Assembly: GCA_937934745.1 (NCBI GenBank)
Contig: CALGZC010000015.1
Coordinates: 61,062 to 125,061, forward strand
Length of the DNA: 64,000 nucleotides
Direction of reading: 5' to 3'
Source: an uncultured Blastocatellia bacterium
Lineage (GTDB): Bacteria > Acidobacteriota > Blastocatellia > Chloracidobacteriales > Chloracidobacteriaceae
Positions 19,495 to 28,581 of this stretch are shown in pieces. The position numbers and the translations under genes were made by a program. Numbering within the stretch: the stretch's first letter is position 1; the number at the start of each line of letters is the position of its first letter. The notes beneath the pieces were generated by a model. That model saw nothing but the letters and a program-made list of their open reading frames with translations. It was not told the DNA's origin and made no database searches.

Positions 19495-22167
19495 ATGACC
19501 ACCTCCCCTACGCCGCGTCACCGCATCTTTCTGGTGGATGCCATGGCGCACATTTATCGCGCTTACTACGCCGTGCGGGGACTGGCAACCCAGGCCGGAC
19601 AGCCCACCAATGCGGTGTTTGGTTTTACGTCGATTCTCCGCAAGCTACAGAAGACCTATGCGCCGGAATACCTCGTTGTGGCGATGGATTCGGCTGCGCC
19701 CTCGTTTCGGAAAGCCTGGTTTGAAGGTTACAAAGCGCACCGCGCCGAGATGCCGGTCGATCTCCAGGAGCAGCTCCCCGTTATTGAAGCCGTGTGCGAC
19801 GCCCTGCGGATTCCGCGCGTCAAGATGGACGGCTACGAGGCAGACGATCTCATCGGGACGCTGGCACGGTTGGCGGTCGCCCAGGGGCTGGAGGTCGTCA
19901 TCGTCAGCAACGACAAGGATATGGCACAACTTGTCGGCGACGGTGTCAGCCTGCTGCGGGTTGATAACAAATCCGGCGCATTCGTTCTATGCGACCGCGC
20001 CGGCGTCGAGGCCTGGCTTGGCGTCCCGCCGGAGCAGGTCGTTGATGTGCTAGCGTTGTGGGGCGACAGTTCTGACAACATCCCAGGCGCACCCGGCATC
20101 GGCGAGAAAGGGGCCGTACAGATCATACGCCAGTTTGGTTCGCTGGATGCTGCGCTGGAGCGGTACGCCGAAGTGGGGCGCAAAACCTACCGCGAAGCAC
20201 TCCGCGACCACCAGGCGAGCATCCGCCTGGCCAAGCAGTTGGTAACCATCTGCCGCGAAGCACCCATGACGCTCGATCTAGAGACCTTTCGCAGTCGCCC
20301 GCCGGACGCGGCAGCCTGCTATGCGCTGTTTTCCCAACTGGAATTCAAGACGCTGACGGCGGAGTTTGCCAAGCTGCTTGCCACGCCAACGCCGCCGCCG
20401 GCCGGACAACCGGTGATTGATGTCACAACCAGCTACTACACGCTTTCCAACCCGGCGGCCATTCGTCGTGCCCTTGACGGTGTATATGCCCGTGACCGCT
20501 TTGCCTTCCACCTGACGGACGAAGATGGTGTGATGACGCACGGTAGTCTGTCGTTTGGGGTGGGACATGCCCTGCGGTTTGACCGAACACTGCTGGATGC
20601 AGAGACGACGGCAGCGTTACTGGAGGTCCTGGCTAACGGATTGGTCGAAAAGATCTGCTACGACGCCAAACGCGCACTGTATCTCATCAACTGTCCGCCG
20701 CACGGCGGAGCGCCGCCAGATCGAGCGCTCGATCCGAGTCACACGTTCCGCTTTGAAAGCTTGACCGATGACGTGTTGCTGGCAGGCTACCTCCTCGATC
20801 CAGGCGTCAAGGCAGAGCGCCTCACGCTGACCGCCCTGGCCGAAACATACCTCGCGTTGGACGCTGCCCAATATGCCCAACTCGATCCGGCGGACAGCGT
20901 ATTTCGCCTGCGGCAGGCATTGCGACCGCAGTTGACGGCCGAAGGACTGGTCGGCGTCTATGAAACGATGGAGCTGCCGCTGGTCCCGGTGCTGTACGCA
21001 ATGGAGTGCGCCGGCGTCCGCATTGAGCCGGCTTCCCTTGTGGCGCTCGAAACGGAGCTGCGGGTTGAACTGGAGCGACTGACGGCCGAAATTCACGACC
21101 TGGCGGGCGGCCCCTTCAACATCAACTCGCCCCAACAGGTCGCCGAGGTTTTTGAACGACTCAACTATGAAACCTCGAAGAAGACGGCTACCGGAAGGAT
21201 TTCAACCAGCGCTGACGTCCTTGAGGAACTGGCCGAAAAATACGACCTGCCACAGCGCATTCTCGAATACCGGGAACACGAAAAACTGCTCAACACGTAC
21301 GTGACTGTGCTGCCACGCTTGATTCACCCGCTGACCGGCCGCTTACACACCACATTTACCCAGACCGTAACGGCGACGGGGCGGTTGTCGTCGGTGCGAC
21401 CGAACCTCCAAAACATTCCGGTGCGAACGGAGATGGGCCGCCGGACACGCCGGGCCTTTGTCGCCGAGGATGGCTATCTGCTCGTTTCGGCCGACTACTC
21501 CCAGATTGAGCTGCGACTCCTGGCACATATCACGGGTGACGAGCGGATGACGGCCGCCTTTCAGGCCGGGGAAGATATTCACGAGCGAACGGCGCGCGAT
21601 GTGTTCGGGGCGCAGACGCCGGAGGCATTGCGCGCAGCACGCCGACTGGCCAAGGCCACCAACTTTGGGATTGCCTACGGCGTTGGGGCCTACGGCCTGG
21701 CGCGCAACGTTGGAATCGGCCGCAAGGAAGCCAAAAAAGCGATTGACGCCTATTTTGCTGCTTACCCGGGGGTCAAACGGTATATGGACGAAACGCCGGA
21801 GCAGGCGCGGCAGACGGGCGTCGTCCGCACACTGTATGGGCGCCTACGCCGCATGCCCGATCTGCATAGCCGGAACTTCACCGTCCGGTCGCGCGCCGAG
21901 CGCGAAGCCATCAACGCACCGATTCAGGGAACGGCAGCCGACCTCATGAAACTCGCCATGATTGCTGTCGCCGACCGGCTGCCACAGGCGTTTCCAAAGG
22001 CGCGGATGGTTTTGCAAGTCCACGACGAGCTGCTACTCGAGGTCCCGGCAGACGACGCACCTGGAGTCGCCGCCCTGGTCAAAGCGGTGATGGAGGGCGT
22101 GGCCACGCTGAATGTGCCGCTGGTGGTTGAAACCCGCATTGGCGGCAACTGGCTCGACGCGACTTAG
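19495..22167 (+). CDS. polA: DNA polymerase I
   Basis: 5'-3' exonuclease (LVDAMAHIYRAYY, EADD), TGRLSS, DYSQIELR, KATNFGIAYG, QVHDEL; ATG 19495 likely. Confidence 0.98.
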   Translation: MTTSPTPRHRIFLVDAMAHIYRAYYAVRGLATQAGQPTNAVFGFTSILRKLQKTYAPEYLVVAMDSAAPSFRKAWFEGYKAHRAEMPVDLQEQLPVIEAVCDALRIPRVKMDGYEADDLIGTLARLAVAQGLEVVIVSNDKDMAQLVGDGVSLLRVDNKSGAFVLCDRAGVEAWLGVPPEQVVDVLALWGDSSDNIPGAPGIGEKGAVQIIRQFGSLDAALERYAEVGRKTYREALRDHQASIRLAKQLVTICREAPMTLDLETFRSRPPDAAACYALFSQLEFKTLTAEFAKLLATPTPPPAGQPVIDVTTSYYTLSNPAAIRRALDGVYARDRFAFHLTDEDGVMTHGSLSFGVGHALRFDRTLLDAETTAALLEVLANGLVEKICYDAKRALYLINCPPHGGAPPDRALDPSHTFRFESLTDDVLLAGYLLDPGVKAERLTLTALAETYLALDAAQYAQLDPADSVFRLRQALRPQLTAEGLVGVYETMELPLVPVLYAMECAGVRIEPASLVALETELRVELERLTAEIHDLAGGPFNINSPQQVAEVFERLNYETSKKTATGRISTSADVLEELAEKYDLPQRILEYREHEKLLNTYVTVLPRLIHPLTGRLHTTFTQTVTATGRLSSVRPNLQNIPVRTEMGRRTRRAFVAEDGYLLVSADYSQIELRLLAHITGDERMTAAFQAGEDIHERTARDVFGAQTPEALRAARRLAKATNFGIAYGVGAYGLARNVGIGRKEAKKAIDAYFAAYPGVKRYMDETPEQARQTGVVRTLYGRLRRMPDLHSRNFTVRSRAEREAINAPIQGTAADLMKLAMIAVADRLPQAFPKARMVLQVHDELLLEVPADDAPGVAALVKAVMEGVATLNVPLVVETRIGGNWLDAT

Positions 22168-22445
22168 GGAATGTGATCCGTCCTTCGACTTACACATGTG
22201 CATCACATGTGCATTAGGCATGGGCGGGTCGCGCCTGTCCGTGCCCATGTGCGACGGTGACTGGGGAACAAGCTTCCCACCGGACTGCCAGTTTCGATTT
22301 GAAAACGAAAGGGGAGCGCTTCGCCATTCGTCCGTTGACAAGCCGGGCCAATCGGATTATGTGCACGTAAGCAACACCGATTTCGCTGACCTGCCGCCGC
22401 CCTGCGGCGGGGATATTCTCACAGTTTCTCTGGGTCGTTACCTCC

Positions 22446-23831
22446 ATGGTCATTTACCTCCCCGGCGCCGTTGAAGACACGCCGCGACTCGACGACCTTA
22501 CACCACGTCAAATCGTTCAGGAACTCGATAAACATGTGGTTGGTCAGGCGGCAGCCAAACGTGCCGTCGCGATTGCACTCCGCAACCGGGTACGTCGCCA
22601 GAAGTTGCCGCCTGACCTTGCGCAAGATGTGATTCCGAAAAACATCATTATGATCGGCTCGACCGGCGTGGGAAAAACTGAAATTGCCCGCCGGTTGGCG
22701 CGATTGGCCAACTCGCCCTTTCTCAAGGTAGAGGCTTCCAAGTTCACCGAGGTCGGCTACGTCGGGCGAGACGTAGAGTCCATCATCCGCGATCTGGTGG
22801 ATATTGCCATCGATCTGGTACGCGAAGAAAAGATCGCCGAGATTGAGGAAAAAGCCCGTCAGAATGCCGAAGAGCGCTTGCTCGACCTGTTGCTGCCGAC
22901 GCGCCGGGACGGCGATGCGGTGTCATCGGAGGATGGGGCCGCCTTTCAGCGAACCCGCGAAAAACTCCGGCAGCAGTTGCGTGAAGGCAAGCTCGACCAC
23001 CGGATCGTCGAAATCGAAGTCAAGGAACGCAGTTTTCCCTCCGGCATCGAAATCATCACGCCTCAGGGCGTGGAGGAAATGGACATCAACCTTCGTGACA
23101 TGCTGCCCGGCATCTTTCCGGGCGCACGCACCAAACTGCGCAAAATGTCCGTCAGGGAAGCCATTGATTACCTTGTGCAGGAAGAAGAGCAGAAGCTGGT
23201 GGATATGGATCAGGTGGCGCGGTTGGCGGTTGAGCGCGTTGAAGAGTCCGGCATTGTGTTTCTGGACGAGATTGACAAAATCGCCGGGCGGGAAAACAGC
23301 AGCGGGCCCGATGTTTCGCGGGAAGGTGTCCAGCGCGACATCCTGCCGATTATCGAAGGGACGACGGTCAACACGCGCTACGGCATGGTGCGCACCGACC
23401 ATATTCTGTTTATTGCCGCCGGTGCGTTCCATGTTTCTAAACCGTCCGACCTGATTCCAGAGTTACAGGGACGGTTTCCGATTCGCGTCAATCTCGACCC
23501 GCTCACCAAGGAAGACTTCAAGCGGATTCTGACCGAACCGCGCAACTCGCTCATTCGGCAGTACGTTGCCCTGCTGGAAACGGAAGGGGTGACGTTGGAA
23601 ATCACCGAGGACGCCATTGAGGCGGTGGCCGATTTTGCCTACACGGTCAACCAGAACACCGAGAACATCGGTGCGCGTCGGCTGCACACCGTTATGGAAC
23701 GAGTACTCGACGAAGTTTCCTTCGCTGCACCGGATTTGGAAGACAAATACTTCCGGGTAGATGGCGAGTACGTCCGCAAGGTGTTGGCTGACATCGTTCA
23801 GAATGAAGACCTCAGCAAGTACATCCTGTAG
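22446..23831 (+). CDS. hslU: ATP-dependent protease ATPase subunit HslU
   Basis: [33 protein letters not shown] and NIGARRL. Confidence 0.97.
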   Translation: MVIYLPGAVEDTPRLDDLTPRQIVQELDKHVVGQAAAKRAVAIALRNRVRRQKLPPDLAQDVIPKNIIMIGSTGVGKTEIARRLARLANSPFLKVEASKFTEVGYVGRDVESIIRDLVDIAIDLVREEKIAEIEEKARQNAEERLLDLLLPTRRDGDAVSSEDGAAFQRTREKLRQQLREGKLDHRIVEIEVKERSFPSGIEIITPQGVEEMDINLRDMLPGIFPGARTKLRKMSVREAIDYLVQEEEQKLVDMDQVARLAVERVEESGIVFLDEIDKIAGRENSSGPDVSREGVQRDILPIIEGTTVNTRYGMVRTDHILFIAAGAFHVSKPSDLIPELQGRFPIRVNLDPLTKEDFKRILTEPRNSLIRQYVALLETEGVTLEITEDAIEAVADFAYTVNQNTENIGARRLHTVMERVLDEVSFAAPDLEDKYFRVDGEYVRKVLADIVQNEDLSKYIL

Positions 23832-23838
23832 CGGGACG

Positions 23839-24894
23839 GTGCGCCGCCGGCTGTGGCTGGGGTTGGTGTGGAGCGGGTTGGTTGCCGTCATTGGCGGCGG
23901 TGGTTGTGCTAAGGTCGGCCCGCCGGTGCCGCCCGCGCGGTTTACGCTGGCGGCGGCCAGCGATGTCACCGCGACGCAGTATGGTGCGCAGATTGTCGTG
24001 CGCTTTACCAAGCCGGCGCAGGCGGTGCGCGCCGATATTTTCCGCCGGGTTGAGCCGCGTGATGCGCTGCCGGCGCTGCCGGAAGAAGTGTTTTTGCGCG
24101 AGGCGCGGCTCATCGGCTCGCTGGATGATAAGGCGCTGGCAGTGACAACGTCGCCGGCATATACCGACCAGTTTGATCCGCAGGATCCGGGCTGGGCCAC
24201 CAAATGCGCCCGGTATGCAGTTCGCCTGGTGGATGCTCGGGGACGGCCATCGCCATTGTCAGGTTATGCTGTCGTCTATCCCTCGGCTGCCGTGGCGCAA
24301 CCGCCGTGCGACCTGCGCGCCGAAGTCACGCAGGCGGTAATTCACCTCACCTGGCATGTGCCCGTCCAGAATCTCGACGGTTCGCCGGTGACCGAAGTGC
24401 GCTTCAATGTCTATCGGCGACGAACGGACGGCGGCCCGGCTTCCCGGCGCAACAGCGCCCCCCTACCAACGCCGGATTTCGCCGATGGTGACTTTGTGTT
24501 CGGCGAGGAATATGAGTACGTCGTGCGAGCCGTCAGCCTCGTGCGCGGTGAGCTGATAGAGAGTCAGGCGTCACCACCGTTACGGGTCCGCCCTGTGGAT
24601 ACCTTTCCACCGGCCGCCCCGACCAATGTCACCGCCGCCTCGGCGGCCGGGCTGGTCAGCGTGTTTTTTCCGGCGAACACGGAGACCGATCTGCGCGGTT
24701 ATGTGATTTATCGCAGCGAGGTCGGCAAGGATGAACCGCCGGTCAGGCTGACGCCGACGCCGATTCAGCGGACGACGTTTCAGGACCGAACCGGCGTCGG
24801 CGGCCGGGTGTATCGGTACGTTGTGACGGCGGTTGATGTCTTCGGCAACGAGAGTGCACCGTCAAATGCCGTTGAGGTCGAGGTGGTGCCCTAG
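23839..24894 (+). CDS. fibronectin type III repeat lipoprotein
   Basis: signal peptide with lipobox-like GGC followed by AKVGPPVPP; FN3 repeats (LTW...FNVYR...YVVRAV; YVVTAVDVFGNES); GTG 23839. Confidence 0.75.
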   Translation: MRRRLWLGLVWSGLVAVIGGGGCAKVGPPVPPARFTLAAASDVTATQYGAQIVVRFTKPAQAVRADIFRRVEPRDALPALPEEVFLREARLIGSLDDKALAVTTSPAYTDQFDPQDPGWATKCARYAVRLVDARGRPSPLSGYAVVYPSAAVAQPPCDLRAEVTQAVIHLTWHVPVQNLDGSPVTEVRFNVYRRRTDGGPASRRNSAPLPTPDFADGDFVFGEEYEYVVRAVSLVRGELIESQASPPLRVRPVDTFPPAAPTNVTAASAAGLVSVFFPANTETDLRGYVIYRSEVGKDEPPVRLTPTPIQRTTFQDRTGVGGRVYRYVVTAVDVFGNESAPSNAVEVEVVP

Positions 24895-26229
24895 CTTTAC
24901 CCTGTCGCCGCCGTTCAGGGCCGCGGCAACGGCCAACCGTGCATTGACCACACCCCACCCCTGTCGGTCGGGATCGACATTGGGCAGGCGGCGCGCCGTC
25001 TGGATGAGGATCCGTTTGACCTGCTGTGGCGTCAGCCGTGGGTTGACCTCGAACATTTGCGCCACAATCGAGGCGACAATCGGCGCGGCAAAGGATGTCC
25101 CGTCCACGTGTTTGTAGTGGCCGGAGATGACCTTCTCGTTCCGCATTTTGCCTTCGACCAAAAGGCGGAGCTGGTATGGCTCAAGGTGGGCGGCAGCATC
25201 CAGTTCCGGGTCGGTCCCGGCGTGCTGCGCCAGCAACGCCTTGAGTTCGCCGTCGGGCACACGGGTGAGTTGCTCGTACAAGGCAGCCTGCTGCGCCGTT
25301 GGCGTTCCGGGCAAAATCGGAGCAGCGATCCAGATACTGGGTGCAATGACTTCTGGTTTCTGTAGTCCATCGGGTGTGACGCCGTAGCTGGAGTGATACA
25401 CGTCGTGCTCGTTCGGATCGAGCGTATTTTTGTCGTCAAAGCCGCCGACGGCGATCACCGATGGGGCGCTCGCCGGAGGCAGCACCGGGTGATGGTCCTG
25501 ATGGCCGGCATTGCCGCTGGCAGCAACAACGACAACGCCGGCTTTGACCAGCCGCTCGGCCGATTGAGACAGCGCATCTTCTAGGTAGGAAGCCTCGTAA
25601 TCGCCGCCGCACGACAAGCTGACAATCCGAATGCCGAAGCGTTCGCGATTTCGATAGACCCAATCCAACCCGCGCCGGATGTCATCGTGATAAATCCGGC
25701 GCGTTGTGCCGACCTTGACCAACACCAGTTTGGCATGGGAAGCGATGCCGCGGTACAGCCCTTTGGAGAGAAAACCGTTGCCGGCGGCCACAACCGAGGT
25801 CATCAATCCGTGCCAGCTTGAATCATCGGGCGTGAACAGTTCGGCCGGATCGGTCCGGCGCGTCAAAACGTTGTGGTAGTGCAGAATCCGATTGACCGGC
25901 TGGGTGATGTCCGGGTGGGAATAAAAACCGGAATCGAGAAACGCAATCGTGACACCGCGCCCCGTGTAACGGGGACTTGCTCCCAGTCGTAACGGCGTCG
26001 GAAGAATTTTGAAACGCGGAGGCGGACCGCCTTCCGTTCCCGGGAGGTACAAACTGACCCGTGACCGCGCGTGGGTAAAACGGTCAAAACAATCGCGACA
26101 AATACCTTCCTGCTCAGCCCAGTACGGCAAGTTGAGATGAAGCAGGTCCCGCGACAGGCGTGACATCTGGGTGGGTTCTACCCGCAAGTTGTCATCGAGC
26201 GCGTAATGACAAACGGCGCAAATGAACAT
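24862..26229 (-). CDS. S8 (subtilisin-like) serine protease, probably cytoplasmic, with N-terminal Cys cluster
   Basis: catalytic triad FLDSG / WHG / GTSFAAP and oxyanion SGN; no signal peptide. Confidence 0.9.
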   Translation of the reverse strand: MFICAVCHYALDDNLRVEPTQMSRLSRDLLHLNLPYWAEQEGICRDCFDRFTHARSRVSLYLPGTEGGPPPRFKILPTPLRLGASPRYTGRGVTIAFLDSGFYSHPDITQPVNRILHYHNVLTRRTDPAELFTPDDSSWHGLMTSVVAAGNGFLSKGLYRGIASHAKLVLVKVGTTRRIYHDDIRRGLDWVYRNRERFGIRIVSLSCGGDYEASYLEDALSQSAERLVKAGVVVVAASGNAGHQDHHPVLPPASAPSVIAVGGFDDKNTLDPNEHDVYHSSYGVTPDGLQKPEVIAPSIWIAAPILPGTPTAQQAALYEQLTRVPDGELKALLAQHAGTDPELDAAAHLEPYQLRLLVEGKMRNEKVISGHYKHVDGTSFAAPIVASIVAQMFEVNPRLTPQQVKRILIQTARRLPNVDPDRQGWGVVNARLAVAAALNGGDRVKLGHHLDLNGI

Positions 26230-26307
26230 GAGCCTTCCACTCCCGCCGCCTGTGACGGTCGGAGCAAACTGACCGCATGGTGTCTGACGTGGTGTCGTGA
26301 GCTAACT

Positions 26308-26748
26308 TTAGCGACGATCGTGGTCGAGGCAAACAGCTACAAGGCGTAAGAACTGGGCGCGCAGTGCGGCATCGGCAATAGCTTCGGCGCTGCAGAGAAT
26401 GTCTGCCGGCAGCGGCCGCGGCGGCGGGGACGCCGTGCCGCGCGGCAGCGTTTGGGTGACAAGTCGCTTGTCCACAACGATGTCAATCCGCGTAACCAGT
26501 GGCTGGCGTAGGAAACTATTCAGACGGAAGATGATTTGCGGGGCCAGTGCTTCCAGTTGGCGTTTCCAGCGGGCATCTTGTACGGCAACCCTGAGCGTGC
26601 GTTCGGTCAAACCGAGAGCACGGCTTGCCCTGAGGGTCGCCTCACCGACGGACAAACCCCAGGCGGCACAGCAGGCCGCAGAGAGTACATCAGGTTGCCC
26701 ATCCGTAAACTTGATGATGTCGGGGAGCAGACGAGCAATGCTTTCCAC
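26308..26748 (-). CDS. dciA: DUF721/DciA-family protein
   Basis: W..VG...A....L.V.V....W..QL......I..RLN pattern typical of DUF721. Confidence 0.75.
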   Translation of the reverse strand: MESIARLLPDIIKFTDGQPDVLSAACCAAWGLSVGEATLRASRALGLTERTLRVAVQDARWKRQLEALAPQIIFRLNSFLRQPLVTRIDIVVDKRLVTQTLPRGTASPPPRPLPADILCSAEAIADAALRAQFLRLVAVCLDHDRR

Positions 26749-27000
26749 AGTGCCGGAAGGCTACTGCGGTTGCCGGCGAAAGGTCAACTGCCTGACCGGT
26801 CTTTCCAGACCAATGCAACCGTGTCGGCAACCTTGTCCCCGGAGCGCCCGTGGCTCGGCGCCTGGGCGAATCATCTCGACAGGGTTGGGATTGTCATTGC
26901 CATTGCTTGACCGTCCGTTGCCACGCGGGCTAGACTCACGCCATATTCGTACGCTTTCGTACATTGTTTTCCTACATTGTTCTTCGAGGTCAGCGACTTC

Positions 27001-28464
27001 ATGACATTCCATCTCACGGAAGACGGCAAAAAACTCGTCACCTTGATTCCGGGTGACGGCATTGGGCCGGAGTGTGTTACGGCAACACGGCGGATTATCG
27101 AAGCGACTGGTGCGGCAGTGGCTTGGGAGGAACGTGCCGCCGGGGCGAGTGTGTTCCAGCAGGGGGTGCCCTCCGGCGTTTTGCCCGAAACCATTGAATC
27201 CATCACCAAAACCCGCGTTGTGCTCAAAGGGCCGCTGGAAACGCCGGTCGGCTTCGGCGAGAAAAGCGCTAACGTGACCTTACGGAAGTTGTTTGAAACC
27301 TACGGGAACATCCGCCCTGTACGCGAGATGCCCGGTGTCGTGACGCCCTTCACTGGGCGGCGACTTGATTTGGTTGTCATCCGTGAAAACGTCGAAGACC
27401 TCTATGCCGGGATTGAACACATGCAAACACCGGGCGTGGCGCAGTGTCTGAAGCTGATTTCACGTAAGGGGTGCGAGAAAATTGTCCGGCTGGCCTTTGA
27501 GTTCGCCCGCGCCGAAGGTCGCGCCAAGGTGCATTGCGCCACTAAGTCAAACATTATGAAACAAACCGAGGGCCTACTCAAACGGACCTTCGAGGCCATT
27601 GCACCTGAGTACCCCGACATTGAAGCCCACCACATCATTATTGACAACTGCGCACACCAGCTTGTGAAACGCCCTGAGCAGTTCGATGTCATTGTCACGA
27701 CGAATATGAACGGTGACATCATCAGTGACTTGACTTCAGGACTGATTGGCGGCTTGGGGTTTGCGCCGTCGGCCAACATCGGGAGTGAAGTGGCCATCTT
27801 CGAGGCCGTCCACGGCTCCGCACCGAAGTACGCCGGCAAGGACGTTATCAATCCGACGGCAGTGTTGCTATCGGGCGTGATGATGCTGCGCCACCTGGGT
27901 GAGTTTGAAGCAGCCGCCAAGATTGAGCACGCGCTGCTTGTCACGCTTGAACAGGGCATCCTGACCCGGGATGTCGTCGGCGATGCGAAGGCTGTGGGAA
28001 CACGGGCCTTTACCGACGCCATCATTGCCAACCTCGGCAAGAAGTCGGAAAACTGGCGCGTCCGTGACTATAAACCGCTTCAGGTGCCCGACTTTCCAAC
28101 CGCGCCCGATGTTGTCAAGGCCAAGGTGCGCCGGACGGTTGGCGTAGACATTTTCGTTGAAACCGGACAGTTGCCGGAGCCGCTGGGGTTGGCGCTGGAG
28201 GCACTGTCCGACGGGACGGCGCTCAAACTCAAAATGATTTCCAATCGCGGCACGAAAGTGTATCCGTCGGTGGGGGCGCTGACAGACTGTGTTGACCACT
28301 ATCGGTGTCGTTTCATCGGACGTGATGCAGCGGCTGATGTGACAGACGCGCAGATTCTCGAACTGGTACAGCGCATCGGAACGCAATACCGCTGGATGCA
28401 TATCGAGAAGTTGCCCGAGTTTGACGGTGAGGCAGGCTACACTAAAGCCCAGGGCGAAGACTAA
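27001..28464 (+). CDS. icd: NADP-dependent isocitrate dehydrogenase with C-terminal extension domain
   Basis: IPGDGIGPE, RENVEDLYAG, NMNGDIISD and FEAVHGSAPK; ATG 27001. Confidence 0.93.
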   Translation: MTFHLTEDGKKLVTLIPGDGIGPECVTATRRIIEATGAAVAWEERAAGASVFQQGVPSGVLPETIESITKTRVVLKGPLETPVGFGEKSANVTLRKLFETYGNIRPVREMPGVVTPFTGRRLDLVVIRENVEDLYAGIEHMQTPGVAQCLKLISRKGCEKIVRLAFEFARAEGRAKVHCATKSNIMKQTEGLLKRTFEAIAPEYPDIEAHHIIIDNCAHQLVKRPEQFDVIVTTNMNGDIISDLTSGLIGGLGFAPSANIGSEVAIFEAVHGSAPKYAGKDVINPTAVLLSGVMMLRHLGEFEAAAKIEHALLVTLEQGILTRDVVGDAKAVGTRAFTDAIIANLGKKSENWRVRDYKPLQVPDFPTAPDVVKAKVRRTVGVDIFVETGQLPEPLGLALEALSDGTALKLKMISNRGTKVYPSVGALTDCVDHYRCRFIGRDAAADVTDAQILELVQRIGTQYRWMHIEKLPEFDGEAGYTKAQGED

Positions 28465-28516
28465 CCGGCCAGCGCGTGATCGAGCGGCGCCGGGAGAAGG
28501 TCTTGCCAGGACGCCG

Positions 28517-28568
28517 GCCAAACCGGGTAGGCTTGCCGGAGCCGGTGGCATTACCCGGTTTGGCTTTC
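28517..28568 (+). terminator. probable terminator after icd
   Basis: GCCAAACCGGGTA (28517-28529) / TACCCGGTTTGGC (28552-28564), 13-bp stem followed by TTT; the 22-nt loop is large. Confidence 0.55.
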
Positions 28569-28581
28569 AGGCTTGCTGTGC

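Noticed and set aside
22257-22292. ZTP (pfl) riboswitch suggested by GTGACTGG
   Set aside because: Lacks the GGGGAGC continuation and the 3' GCCTGGGC pseudoknot; hslU is not a one-carbon gene
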